From: Escherichia phage D8
Length of the DNA stretch: 31,345 bases
Sequence record: OM475426
Reading direction: 5' to 3' (one strand)
Position 1 is the stretch's first letter. Every line of letters starts with the position of its first letter. This document shows, one piece after another, positions 18,586 to 26,815 of the stretch. The notes beneath the pieces were generated by a model. That model saw only the letters and a list, made by a program, of their open reading frames with translations. It was not told the origin of the DNA and did not search any database. The position numbers were made by a program, and so were the translations under genes.

Positions 18586-21025
18586 CAATGTAAAATTACA
18601 GGTATTGCTCAGGGCTGTTGACCAGGCATCCCGCCCGTTTAAATCCATCCGCACAGCGAGCAAGTCGCTGTCGGGGGATATCCGGGAAACACAAAAATCA
18701 CTGCGCGAGCTGAACGGTCACGCATCCCGTATTGAGGGATTTCGCAAGACCAGCGCACAGCTCGCCGTGACTGGTCATGCACTTGAAAAGGCACGGCAGG
18801 AGGCCGAAGCCCTTGCCACACAGTTTAAAAACACTGAACGTCCGACCCGTGCTCAGGCGAAAGTGCTGGAATCCGCAAAGCGTGCGGCGGAGGACTTACA
18901 GGCAAAATATAACCGCCTGACGGATTCCGTTAAACGCCAGCAGCGGGAACTGGCCGCTGTGGGAATTAATACCCGCAATCTTGCACATGATGAGCAGGGG
19001 CTGAAAAACCGTATCAGTGAAACCACCGCACAGCTTAACCGGCAGCGCGACGCGCTGGCGCGTGTCAGTGCGCAACAGGCAAAACTTAACGCAGTAAAAC
19101 AGCGTTATCAGGCAGGAAAGGAGCTGGCCGGAAATATGGCCTCAGTGGGCGCTGCCGGTGTGGGGATTGCTGCTGCGGGAACGATGGCCGGAGTTAAGTT
19201 GCTGATGCCCGGTTATGAGTTTGCGCAGAAAAACTCAGAATTACAGGCTGTGCTCGGTGTGGCAAAAGACTCCGCCGAAATGACCGCACTACGCAAACAG
19301 GCGCGCCAGCTCGGCGACAATACCGCCGCCTCGGCGGATGATGCGGCCGGTGCACAGATAATCATCGCGAAAGCGGGTGGGGATGTTGATGCCATTCAGG
19401 CGGCAACGCCGGTCACGCTGAATATGGCGCTGGCGAACCGTCGCACAATGGAAGAAAACGCCGCCCTGCTGATGGGGATGAAATCCGCCTTTCAGCTTTC
19501 AAACGATAAGGTCGCTCATATCGGGGATGTTCTCTCCATGACGATGAACAAAACCGCCGCTGATTTTGACGGCATGAGCGATGCGCTGACCTATGCCGCA
19601 CCAGTGGCAAAAAATGCCGGTGTCAGCATTGAAGAAACCGCCGCAATGGTCGGGGCGCTGCATGATGCAAAAATTACCGGTTCAATGGCGGGGACGGGAA
19701 GCCGTGCCGTGTTAAGTCGCCTGCAGGCACCGACGGGAAAAGCATGGGATGCACTCAAAGAGCTTGGCGTGAAAACCTCAGACAGTAAGGGGAATACCCG
19801 ACCAGTATTTACCATTCTGAAAGAAATGCAGGCCAGTTTTGAGAAAAACCGGCTCGGTACTGCCCAGCAGGCTGAATACATGAAAACTATTTTCGGGGAG
19901 GAGGCCAGCTCAGCCGCCGCCGTGCTGATGACTGCCGCCTCAACCGGAAAGCTGGACAAACTGACCGCTGCGTTTAAAGCCTCAGACGGGAAGACCGCCG
20001 AGCTGGTAAATATCATGCAGGACAACCTCGGCGGTGACTTTAAGGAGTTTCAGTCCGCTTATGAGGCGGTGGGGACTGACCTGTTTGACCAGCAGGAAGG
20101 CGCACTGCGTAAGCTCACGCAGACGGCCACAAAGTATGTGTTAAAACTCGACGGCTGGATCCAGAAAAACAAATCACTGGCGTCAACCATTGGCCTCATT
20201 GCCGGTGGCGCGCTGGCGCTTACTGGCATCATCGGTGCCATTGGTCTTGTAGCCTGGCCGGTTATCACCGGCATCAATGCCATCATCGCGGCAGCAGGCG
20301 CAATGGGGGCAATCTTCACGACGGTTGGTAGTGCCGTTATGACGGCCATCGGGGCGATTAGCTGGCCGGTTGTGGCCGTGGTGGCCGCCATTGTCGCCGG
20401 GGCGTTGCTTATCCGTAAATACTGGGAGCCTGTCAGCGCATTCTTTGGCGGTGTGGTGAAAGGGCTGAAAGCGGCATTTGCGCCGGTGGGGGAGCTGTTC
20501 ACGCCACTGAAACCGGTGTTTGACTGGCTGGGCGAAAAGTTACAGGCCGCGTGGCAGTGGTTTAAAAACCTGATTGCCCCCGTCAAAGCCACCCAGGACA
20601 CCCTGAACCGTTGTCGTGACACGGGTGTCATGTTCGGGCAGGCACTGGCTGACGCGCTGATGCTGCCGCTTAATGCGTTCAACAAACTGCGCGGCGGTAT
20701 TGACTGGGTACTGGAAAAACTTGGCGTCATCAACAAAGAGTCAGGCACGCTTGACCAGACCGCCGCCAGAACTCATGCCGCCACGTATGGCACCGGTGGT
20801 TATATTCCGGCGGCCAGCTCTTATGCAGGTTATCAGGCTTATCAGCCGGTCACGGCACCGGCTGGCCGCTCTTATGTGGACCAGAGTAAAAACGAATATC
20901 ACATCAACCTGACGGGCGGTACTGCGCCGGGGACACAGCTTGACCGCCAGTTACAGGATGCACTCGAAAAATACGAGCGGGATAAACGTGCGCGCGCCCG
21001 TGCCAGCATGATGCATGACGGTTAA
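18578..21025 (+). CDS. T: Tail tape measure protein (P2 gpT-like), 815 aa
   Basis: 815 aa as P2 gpT; Ala/Gly-rich with a hydrophobic central region; overlaps the E' end. Confidence 0.9.
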   Translation: MSNNVKLQVLLRAVDQASRPFKSIRTASKSLSGDIRETQKSLRELNGHASRIEGFRKTSAQLAVTGHALEKARQEAEALATQFKNTERPTRAQAKVLESAKRAAEDLQAKYNRLTDSVKRQQRELAAVGINTRNLAHDEQGLKNRISETTAQLNRQRDALARVSAQQAKLNAVKQRYQAGKELAGNMASVGAAGVGIAAAGTMAGVKLLMPGYEFAQKNSELQAVLGVAKDSAEMTALRKQARQLGDNTAASADDAAGAQIIIAKAGGDVDAIQAATPVTLNMALANRRTMEENAALLMGMKSAFQLSNDKVAHIGDVLSMTMNKTAADFDGMSDALTYAAPVAKNAGVSIEETAAMVGALHDAKITGSMAGTGSRAVLSRLQAPTGKAWDALKELGVKTSDSKGNTRPVFTILKEMQASFEKNRLGTAQQAEYMKTIFGEEASSAAAVLMTAASTGKLDKLTAAFKASDGKTAELVNIMQDNLGGDFKEFQSAYEAVGTDLFDQQEGALRKLTQTATKYVLKLDGWIQKNKSLASTIGLIAGGALALTGIIGAIGLVAWPVITGINAIIAAAGAMGAIFTTVGSAVMTAIGAISWPVVAVVAAIVAGALLIRKYWEPVSAFFGGVVKGLKAAFAPVGELFTPLKPVFDWLGEKLQAAWQWFKNLIAPVKATQDTLNRCRDTGVMFGQALADALMLPLNAFNKLRGGIDWVLEKLGVINKESGTLDQTAARTHAATYGTGGYIPAASSYAGYQAYQPVTAPAGRSYVDQSKNEYHINLTGGTAPGTQLDRQLQDALEKYERDKRARARASMMHDG

Positions 21026-21039
21026 GGAGGTGACGAAAA

Positions 21040-21519
21040 ATGATGCTCGCGTTAGGTATGTTTGTTTTTATGCGCCAGACGCTGCCACACCAGACCATGC
21101 AGCGTGAATCAGATTATCGCTGGCCGTCAAATTCCCGTATCGGCAAACGGGATGCCTTTCAGTTTCTCGGTGTGGGTGAGGAAAACATGACGCTTGCCGG
21201 TGTGCTTTATCCCGAACTGACCGGCGGAAAGCTGACGATGACCACGCTCAGGCTGATGGCAGAGGAAGGCCGGGCGTGGCCGTTGCTGGATGGCACCGGC
21301 ATGATTTACGGCATGTATGTCATCAGCAAGGTGAGTGAAACAGGGAGTATTTTCTTTGCAGACGGCACACCCCGGAAAATTGATTTTACGCTGTCGCTCA
21401 CCCGCGTTGATGAATCACTGGCCGCGCTTTATGGCGATATCGGTAAACAGGCGGAATCGCTCATCGGTAAGGCTGGCAGTATGGCGACTAAATTCACGGG
21501 TATGACGGGGGCGGGATAA
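21040..21519 (+). CDS. U: Tail protein (P2 gpU-like), 159 aa
   Basis: 159 aa as P2 gpU; RBS aggagg upstream. Confidence 0.85.
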   Translation: MMLALGMFVFMRQTLPHQTMQRESDYRWPSNSRIGKRDAFQFLGVGEENMTLAGVLYPELTGGKLTMTTLRLMAEEGRAWPLLDGTGMIYGMYVISKVSETGSIFFADGTPRKIDFTLSLTRVDESLAALYGDIGKQAESLIGKAGSMATKFTGMTGAG

Positions 21520-22682
21520 TGCTGGATGCACTGACATTTGATGCAGGCAGTACGCTGACGCCGGATTACATGCTGATACTCGACAGCAGGGATATTACCG
21601 GCAATATCAGCGACCGTCTGATGAGCATGACCCTGACGGATAACTGGGGCTTTGAGGCTGACCAGCTTGATATTGAACTGAACGATGCCGACGGGCAGGT
21701 CGGGCTGCCGGTTCGTGGCGCTGTCCTGACGGTGTATATCGGCTGGAAAGGTTTTGCCCTGGTATGCAAAGGGAAATTTACCGTTGATGAGGTTGAACAC
21801 CGGGGCGCGCCGGATGTGGTCACCATCCGCGCCCGGAGTGCAGATTTTCGCGGGACGCTCAATTCCCGCCGGGAAGGCTCCTGGCATGACACCACGCTCG
21901 GTGCGATTGTTGAGGCAATAGCCTACCGTAACAGGCTGGAAGCCAGTGTCGCGCCGTCACTGGCCGGAATTAAAATCCCGCACATCGACCAGTCGCAGGA
22001 GTCTGATGCGAAATTCCTGACCCGTCTTGCAGAACGCAACGGCGGAGAGGTGTCGGTAAAAATGGGAAAACTGTTGTTTCTCAAAGCGGGGCAGGGGGTG
22101 ACGGCCAGCGGTAAAACAATCCCGCAGATTACCATCACCCGCAGTGACGGCGACCGCCATCATTTTGCGATTGCTGACCGTGGAGCCTATACCGGCGTAA
22201 CAGCAAAGTGGTTACACACCAAAGACCCGAAACCGCAAAAGCAGAAGGTAAAACTGAAACGCAAAAAGAAAGAAAAACACCTGCGCGCACTGGAGCACCC
22301 GAAAGCGAAACCGGTCAGGCAGAAGAAAGCGCCAAAAGTACCGGAAGCGCGCGAAGGTGAATACATGGCCGGTGAGGCTGACAACGTTTTTGCCCTGACC
22401 ACGGTATATGCCACGAAAGCGCAGGCCATGCGCGCCGCTCAGGCGAAGTGGGACAAACTGCAACGGGGTGTGGCGGAGTTCTCCATCAGCCTGGCTACCG
22501 GTCGGGCAGATATTTACACGGAAACGCCGGTCAAAGTGTCAGGCTTTAAGCGCGTCATAGACGAGCAGGACTGGACCATCACTAAGGTGACACATTTTCT
22601 GAATAATAGCGGCTTCACGACGTCCTTAGAGCTTGAGGTCAGGCTTTCTGATGTGGAGTACGAAACAGAAGATGATGAATGA
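21519..22682 (+). CDS. D: Tail protein / late gene D (P2 gpD-like), 387 aa
   Basis: 387 aa as P2 gpD; ATGCTGGATG overlap with the U stop. Confidence 0.85.
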   Translation: MLDALTFDAGSTLTPDYMLILDSRDITGNISDRLMSMTLTDNWGFEADQLDIELNDADGQVGLPVRGAVLTVYIGWKGFALVCKGKFTVDEVEHRGAPDVVTIRARSADFRGTLNSRREGSWHDTTLGAIVEAIAYRNRLEASVAPSLAGIKIPHIDQSQESDAKFLTRLAERNGGEVSVKMGKLLFLKAGQGVTASGKTIPQITITRSDGDRHHFAIADRGAYTGVTAKWLHTKDPKPQKQKVKLKRKKKEKHLRALEHPKAKPVRQKKAPKVPEAREGEYMAGEADNVFALTTVYATKAQAMRAAQAKWDKLQRGVAEFSISLATGRADIYTETPVKVSGFKRVIDEQDWTITKVTHFLNNSGFTTSLELEVRLSDVEYETEDDE

Positions 22683-22763
22683 TGTTTTTATTTTATCTGT
22701 TTGTTTTATAAGGATAAATTAACTAAAATGGCACCATCAACAAAACCGGAAGAGGTGCTCGCG

Positions 22764-22982
22764 ATGTTTCATTGTCCTTTATGCCAGCATGCCGCACATG
22801 CGCGTACAAGCCGCTATATCACTGACACGACAAAAGAGCGTTATCACCAGTGTCAGAACGTGAATTGCAGTGCCACGTTCATCACTTATGAGTCGGTACA
22901 GCGATACATCGTGAAGCCGGGAGAAGTCCACGCCGTAAGGCCGCACCCGTTGCCATCAGGGCAGCAAATTATGTGGATGTAA
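22764..22982 (+). CDS. ogr: Late transcription activator Ogr (zinc-finger), 72 aa
   Basis: Start at MFHCPLCQHAAHARTSRYI... gives 72 aa with Cys-x2-Cys ... Cys-x4-Cys zinc-binding pattern, matching P2 Ogr as I recall it. Confidence 0.85.
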   Translation: MFHCPLCQHAAHARTSRYITDTTKERYHQCQNVNCSATFITYESVQRYIVKPGEVHAVRPHPLPSGQQIMWM

Positions 22983-22993
22983 TTACAAACAGA

Positions 22994-23018
22994 AAGCCCC
23001 TCAGTCGAGGGGCTTTTT
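22994..23018 (+). terminator. Rho-independent terminator after ogr
   Basis: Hairpin aagcccctc/agtcg/aggggctt followed by tttttt. Confidence 0.7.
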
Positions 23019-23197
23019 TGTCGATGTGGTCAATGTGTGGACGTAACCAGAAATAAATCCTTTTATTTCACGTGATTAGATATCAAAAAATGTCACCAAT
23101 AACTGACTTGGTAGCCCCCGCCGTAGCGGTATTTTCTGTTGTATTACAATTAGTTAAATTACTCATATCGCTTCAATTGGCTCTAGTTAACTCTGGT
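23019..23197. other. attP: Probable attP region (phage attachment site) between ogr and int
   Basis: Position equivalent to P2 attP; AT-rich; contains an inverted repeat gaaataaa/tttatttc (23050-23069). I did not recognise the P2 attP core, so the core cannot be pinpointed. Confidence 0.35.
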
Positions 23198-24193
23198 TTA
23201 TGGACGCATTATGGACATTCCTGACACCGGGTTAAGAGTCACAGCATCTTGTAAGAAATCCGGTGCAAAGTGTGCGTAGGTCATAGTTTGCTGAATGTTA
23301 GAATGACCCAGGATGCGCTGCAATGTGATTATGTTACCTCCATTCATTATAAAATGTGTGGCAAATGTATGCCTCAAAACATGTACTGCTTGTCCGTCAG
23401 GTAAATCGGGTTTTACTTCCCTGAGAGCGTTACGCACTTTGTAGTAACTGGCATTAAAAAGCCTGCCTGAATTTTTGGTCTTGATCCGTTTAATCAGGTC
23501 CTGCGAAACGGGAATTGTCCTGCGTTTTCCGTTTTTAGTTTTCATAAACGTAACCATCTGGTTAATGATGTGTTCAGCTTTTAAATTAGACACTTCACTC
23601 CAGCGTCCACCAGTAGAAAGGCAGACCAGAGTTGCATTTAATTCATCACCATCAAGCATGGATAACAGCCGCGTAATCTCTTCACTGGACAAAAAAGCCA
23701 TTTCCGTAACAGCTTCACGTAACCGTTTAATCTCACGGAACGGGTTGTGGGAGTGGTATTCACCGGCGTCAATTAACTTGGTGAACATCCCGCTCATTAT
23801 TGCCAGATGTCGATTTACGCTGGCTGGTTTTAGACCATCGTTCATCATTACAACGCGATAATCAGTTATCGTTTTCTTTGTTAGCTGGTCAGCTCTGGAC
23901 ACTCCCATTTCTGCAAATTTGGCGATTATTGTCGTTAAACGCCCCCGTTCAATATCTCCACGCTCATGTGATTTTCCGTGATATATCCACCATCTACCTA
24001 ACAACTCTGTAAGAGTTCGGCGGTCGGCTGGTTTCTCCAACCACTCTTTGTTGTGGTAGTTAACCAATACATGACGTTCGAATGCCTGAGCTTCACCTTT
24101 AGTTTTAAATTTCCGCCTGATACGTTTTCCATCTGCACCCTGCGGTCTGACGTCCACTTCATAACGACCATCATCGAGCTTTTTAATAGACAT
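23198..24193 (-). CDS. int: Tyrosine integrase (P2-family), 331 aa
   Basis: Tyrosine recombinase hallmarks in the C-terminal half (HVLRHTFATH ... MTYAHF); RBS ggaggg before ATG; location next to attP and the immunity region. Confidence 0.85.
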   Translation of the reverse strand: MSIKKLDDGRYEVDVRPQGADGKRIRRKFKTKGEAQAFERHVLVNYHNKEWLEKPADRRTLTELLGRWWIYHGKSHERGDIERGRLTTIIAKFAEMGVSRADQLTKKTITDYRVVMMNDGLKPASVNRHLAIMSGMFTKLIDAGEYHSHNPFREIKRLREAVTEMAFLSSEEITRLLSMLDGDELNATLVCLSTGGRWSEVSNLKAEHIINQMVTFMKTKNGKRRTIPVSQDLIKRIKTKNSGRLFNASYYKVRNALREVKPDLPDGQAVHVLRHTFATHFIMNGGNIITLQRILGHSNIQQTMTYAHFAPDFLQDAVTLNPVSGMSIMRP

Positions 24194-24286
24194 AAAGCCC
24201 TCCGATGACGCTGTTTACTTCTACTACTTGAAAATTAATGCAATTTTCTTTCGTACATTTACTACACACATATGCTGAATAAATCG

Positions 24287-24586
24287 TCAGCCAGTCTTCT
24301 GGTCTGAGTGGTGCAAGGTTGTTGAGTCTTGCCCAATGTGTGCGAGAGCCGGGGCTATTTGTCCAGCTGCTGGATCTGTTTCATCAAACATGAACCAGTC
24401 ACGATACTTGCGAAAGCGTGGATGCTTAAACAGCTTCATACCTGCTTCCATAGGCATTTTTGATTTTCCTGATTCATATCCATGATATGTGTAGTAATTA
24501 ATTCCAATTAATTCAGCAAGTTCCTTAGTTTTAAGGCGTTCGGATTCACGGATGAGCTTTAGTTTCTCACTTTGTTCACTTGACAT
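24287..24586 (-). CDS. C: Immunity repressor (P2 C-like), 99 aa
   Basis: Start at MSSEQSEKLKLIRES... gives 99 aa as P2 C; helix-turn-helix-like segment (TKELAELIGINYYTYHGYESG); divergent from cox. Confidence 0.75.
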   Translation of the reverse strand: MSSEQSEKLKLIRESERLKTKELAELIGINYYTYHGYESGKSKMPMEAGMKLFKHPRFRKYRDWFMFDETDPAAGQIAPALAHIGQDSTTLHHSDQKTG

Positions 24587-24679
24587 AATTTTGCTAATCT
24601 CCAATTATATTGCTACTTGGCAATTTGTGATTCACTCAAAAAGGCTCTAGATGGCTCCAGTTGGTGAATCGCAAATCTT
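24587..24679. promoter_or_regulatory. Immunity switch region: divergent Pc/Pe promoters with candidate operator repeats
   Basis: 93-bp intergenic region between divergent C and cox; partial inverted repeat tgtgattcac (24626-24635) and tggtgaatcgc (24662-24672) flanking GGCTC-tagat-GGCTC (24643-24657). Confidence 0.45.
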
Positions 24680-25051
24680 ATGGAGGATAGCAAAGTGACG
24701 ACAAATGTAGAAATTTCTTGTCCAACTAGCGATGAGGCAAGTTTCGAAAATGAAGCCAAACGTAAAAGCATTCAGATTTCAGAGCGCCCATCTGATTTGC
24801 TGTCGAAAGAAGGTTTTGCTCTTTACATCGGTAAGACACCACGCGCGGTGGCTGAAATGGCTAAAGCAGGAAAGCTGCCAGCCTTCTACATGACAGACCC
24901 ATTAAAACCAAGAGGGAAAGCTGAATTATGGATTAATCGCCGTGAGTGGGACAAGTACGCAGCCCAACTGGTTGATGAAGCTCCGACAGAATGGCATGAC
25001 TGGAAAAATCGCATTAGTTACAGCAAATCAAGACATGGCCGTGCGGCTTAA
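24680..25051 (+). CDS. cox: Cox-like excisionase/early repressor (DNA-binding), up to 123 aa
   Basis: First rightward gene opposite C; central segment FALYIGKTPRAVAEMAKAGKLPAFYMTDP resembles a Cox/AlpA-type HTH; start codon uncertain (ATG 24680 or later GTG). Confidence 0.6.
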   Translation: MEDSKVTTNVEISCPTSDEASFENEAKRKSIQISERPSDLLSKEGFALYIGKTPRAVAEMAKAGKLPAFYMTDPLKPRGKAELWINRREWDKYAAQLVDEAPTEWHDWKNRISYSKSRHGRAA

Positions 25052-25232
25052 GGTGGAAAGGATGAACGAGCCTCGTTGTATTGCTCAGTTATTGCGTAAC
25101 GAAAGCCCCAGGGCGATTGACTTCACCATCACCCACGGTAAGGGGCGTAAGGGAATCATTATCCGCACCAAAAAACAGAGTCCGTTAAAAAAGGCTCTGA
25201 CCTTTCTGAAAAGCCGGAGGGTATGGAAATGA
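24996..25232 (+). CDS. Small early ORF (P2 orf78-like), 78 aa
   Basis: ORF 24942-25232 with internal start MTGKIALVTANQD... giving 78 aa; overlaps the cox 3' end out of frame; positional equivalence to P2 orf78. Confidence 0.5.
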   Translation: MTGKIALVTANQDMAVRLKVERMNEPRCIAQLLRNESPRAIDFTITHGKGRKGIIIRTKKQSPLKKALTFLKSRRVWK

Positions 25233-25729
25233 CAGTGATGACGCTCAATCTCGTTGAAAAACAGCCAGCAGCTATGCGCCGGATAATTGGCAAGCATCTT
25301 GCCGTCCCTCGCTGGCAGGATACATGTGATTATTATAATCAGATGATGGAGCGCGAACGGCTAACGGTTTGCTTTCATGCACAGTTAAAACAGCGTCACG
25401 CAACGATGCGTTTTGAAGAAATGAACGACGTCGAACGTGAACGACTGGTATGTGCAATTGATGAATTGCGTGGGGCATTCTCAAAACGCCGTCAGGTCGG
25501 TGCAAGTGAGTATGCATATATTAGCTTTTTAACTGTCAGTCAGCGCCGTACTTTATTTATGCATGCCGGATTGACTGAAAAAGAATTCAACCAGCCATAC
25601 TGGCGAATTAATGAAGAGTCATGTTACTGGCGTGATGCTTTATTCCGTGCATTACGTGAATTATTCAGTCTGTTTGAGTATGCACCGACAATTCTGACGT
25701 CGGTAAAACCAGAGCAATATCTGCATTAA
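25223..25729 (+). CDS. B: Replication protein B (P2 gpB-like), 168 aa
   Basis: Length close to P2 B (166 aa as I recall) and position between cox and the A gene cluster. Confidence 0.75.
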   Translation: MEMTVMTLNLVEKQPAAMRRIIGKHLAVPRWQDTCDYYNQMMERERLTVCFHAQLKQRHATMRFEEMNDVERERLVCAIDELRGAFSKRRQVGASEYAYISFLTVSQRRTLFMHAGLTEKEFNQPYWRINEESCYWRDALFRALRELFSLFEYAPTILTSVKPEQYLH

Positions 25730-25792
25730 GTAATTAACCAGAGTTTTTAACGCACTTAATTGTGCGGGGCTTCTTTTTGCCTGGAGAAAGTC

Positions 25793-26017
25793 ATGCATAC
25801 AGTTTCTGAAAATGAGTGCGGTAAATACGCATTACTGCTGCAACAGGCCAGAACCGAAGCACAGGCCGATGCAGCGACGCGCTTTTCTTCTCATCTTGAC
25901 GCCATGATTCGCCACATCACAAAGGCGGAGTTATCCCGCGTGGAGATAGTCGAGCTGCTCAGTCAGGAGTCGGAAAAATTTCACAACATCGGATTGTCTC
26001 GCGGGGAGGTGCTTTGA
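25793..26017 (+). CDS. Small early ORF (P2 orf80-83 cluster, first member), about 74 aa
   Basis: RBS ggaga before ATG at 25793 ([12 protein letters not shown]...); positional equivalence to P2 small ORFs between B and A. Confidence 0.5.
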   Translation: MHTVSENECGKYALLLQQARTEAQADAATRFSSHLDAMIRHITKAELSRVEIVELLSQESEKFHNIGLSRGEVL

Positions 26018-26316
26018 TGTCCTGTTCTCGTTCAGTTGTTTTACTGAACAATGCCTTAAAAATCGCCGTTATGAAAAATGGCGATTTGTCTCTTATTCAA
26101 CTTGGTCTTGATAAAGAAAAACGCGAAATAACTGAATCTGTTATCGCGATTTATCAGAGTGAATTAAACCTCCTGTCTGATGTGGTCAATTTACTTGTTA
26201 AACGCGCTGTATTTCACAAGCAAATTTCCTCAGTGGATGAACTGACAAAATTAACGACAGAACTTGCCAGTTATTGCGCTGATGTATCCAGGAAACTTAA
26301 CGATAAAAGGAGCTGA
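26014..26316 (+). CDS. Small early ORF, 100 aa, unknown function
   Basis: ATGA overlap with preceding ORF; consistent codon usage; part of early operon. Confidence 0.5.
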   Translation: MMSCSRSVVLLNNALKIAVMKNGDLSLIQLGLDKEKREITESVIAIYQSELNLLSDVVNLLVKRAVFHKQISSVDELTKLTTELASYCADVSRKLNDKRS

Positions 26317-26318
26317 TA

Positions 26319-26543
26319 ATGCCGGACAACGTAGATTTTATTCAGGAACAACAGGCTGAATTACTGGAGCGCCAGATTAACGCGGCAAGGGTAAAACATT
26401 GCGGTGTTTCTGCGCTGGTTTGCGAAGAGTGTGACGCACCAATACCTGCTGCCCGTCGTGCGGCTTATCCGTCAGCCACGCGTTGTGTTTCCTGTCAGTC
26501 AGTCTTTGAAGCAAAAAACAAACATTACCGGAGAACGGCATGA
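26319..26543 (+). CDS. TraR/DksA-family C4 zinc-finger protein, 74 aa
   Basis: Cys-x2-Cys (CEEC) and Cys-x2-Cys (CVSC) pairs about 20 residues apart at the C-terminus with preceding helical region, typical of phage TraR-like proteins. Confidence 0.65.
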   Translation: MPDNVDFIQEQQAELLERQINAARVKHCGVSALVCEECDAPIPAARRAAYPSATRCVSCQSVFEAKNKHYRRTA

Positions 26544-26815
26544 GTATTCGTATTGAAATTGGCGAACGTTATGTCGTTACCAGTGACAGCTTTCAGTTTA
26601 TTCTCCACGAGAAAAAGAGAGCGGAAAGCGGTAAAAACGCCGGTCAGGAATGGCTGGCGGTGGTTGGTTATTACCCGAAATTAAGCCAGCTCGTTTCCGG
26701 CCTGATGCATCACGATATTCTGACCGGAAGCGCAAAATCTTTTGCTGATTTAAACGCGCAGGTTGAGCAACTCAGCAAGCGTTGTTCAGAGGCTTTTGGC
26801 TCATATGGCCGTTAA
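26540..26815 (+). CDS. Small early ORF, 91 aa, unknown function
   Basis: ATGA overlap with previous ORF; overlaps the A start by about 11 nt. Confidence 0.45.
   Translation: MSIRIEIGERYVVTSDSFQFILHEKKRAESGKNAGQEWLAVVGYYPKLSQLVSGLMHHDILTGSAKSFADLNAQVEQLSKRCSEAFGSYGR

Noticed and set aside
19213-20748. Long minus-strand ORFs opposite the tape measure gene (for example 20059..20748 -, 229 aa)
   Set aside because: Antisense to a conserved 815-aa tape measure gene; low-complexity Ala/Ser/Pro-rich translation; no start context.
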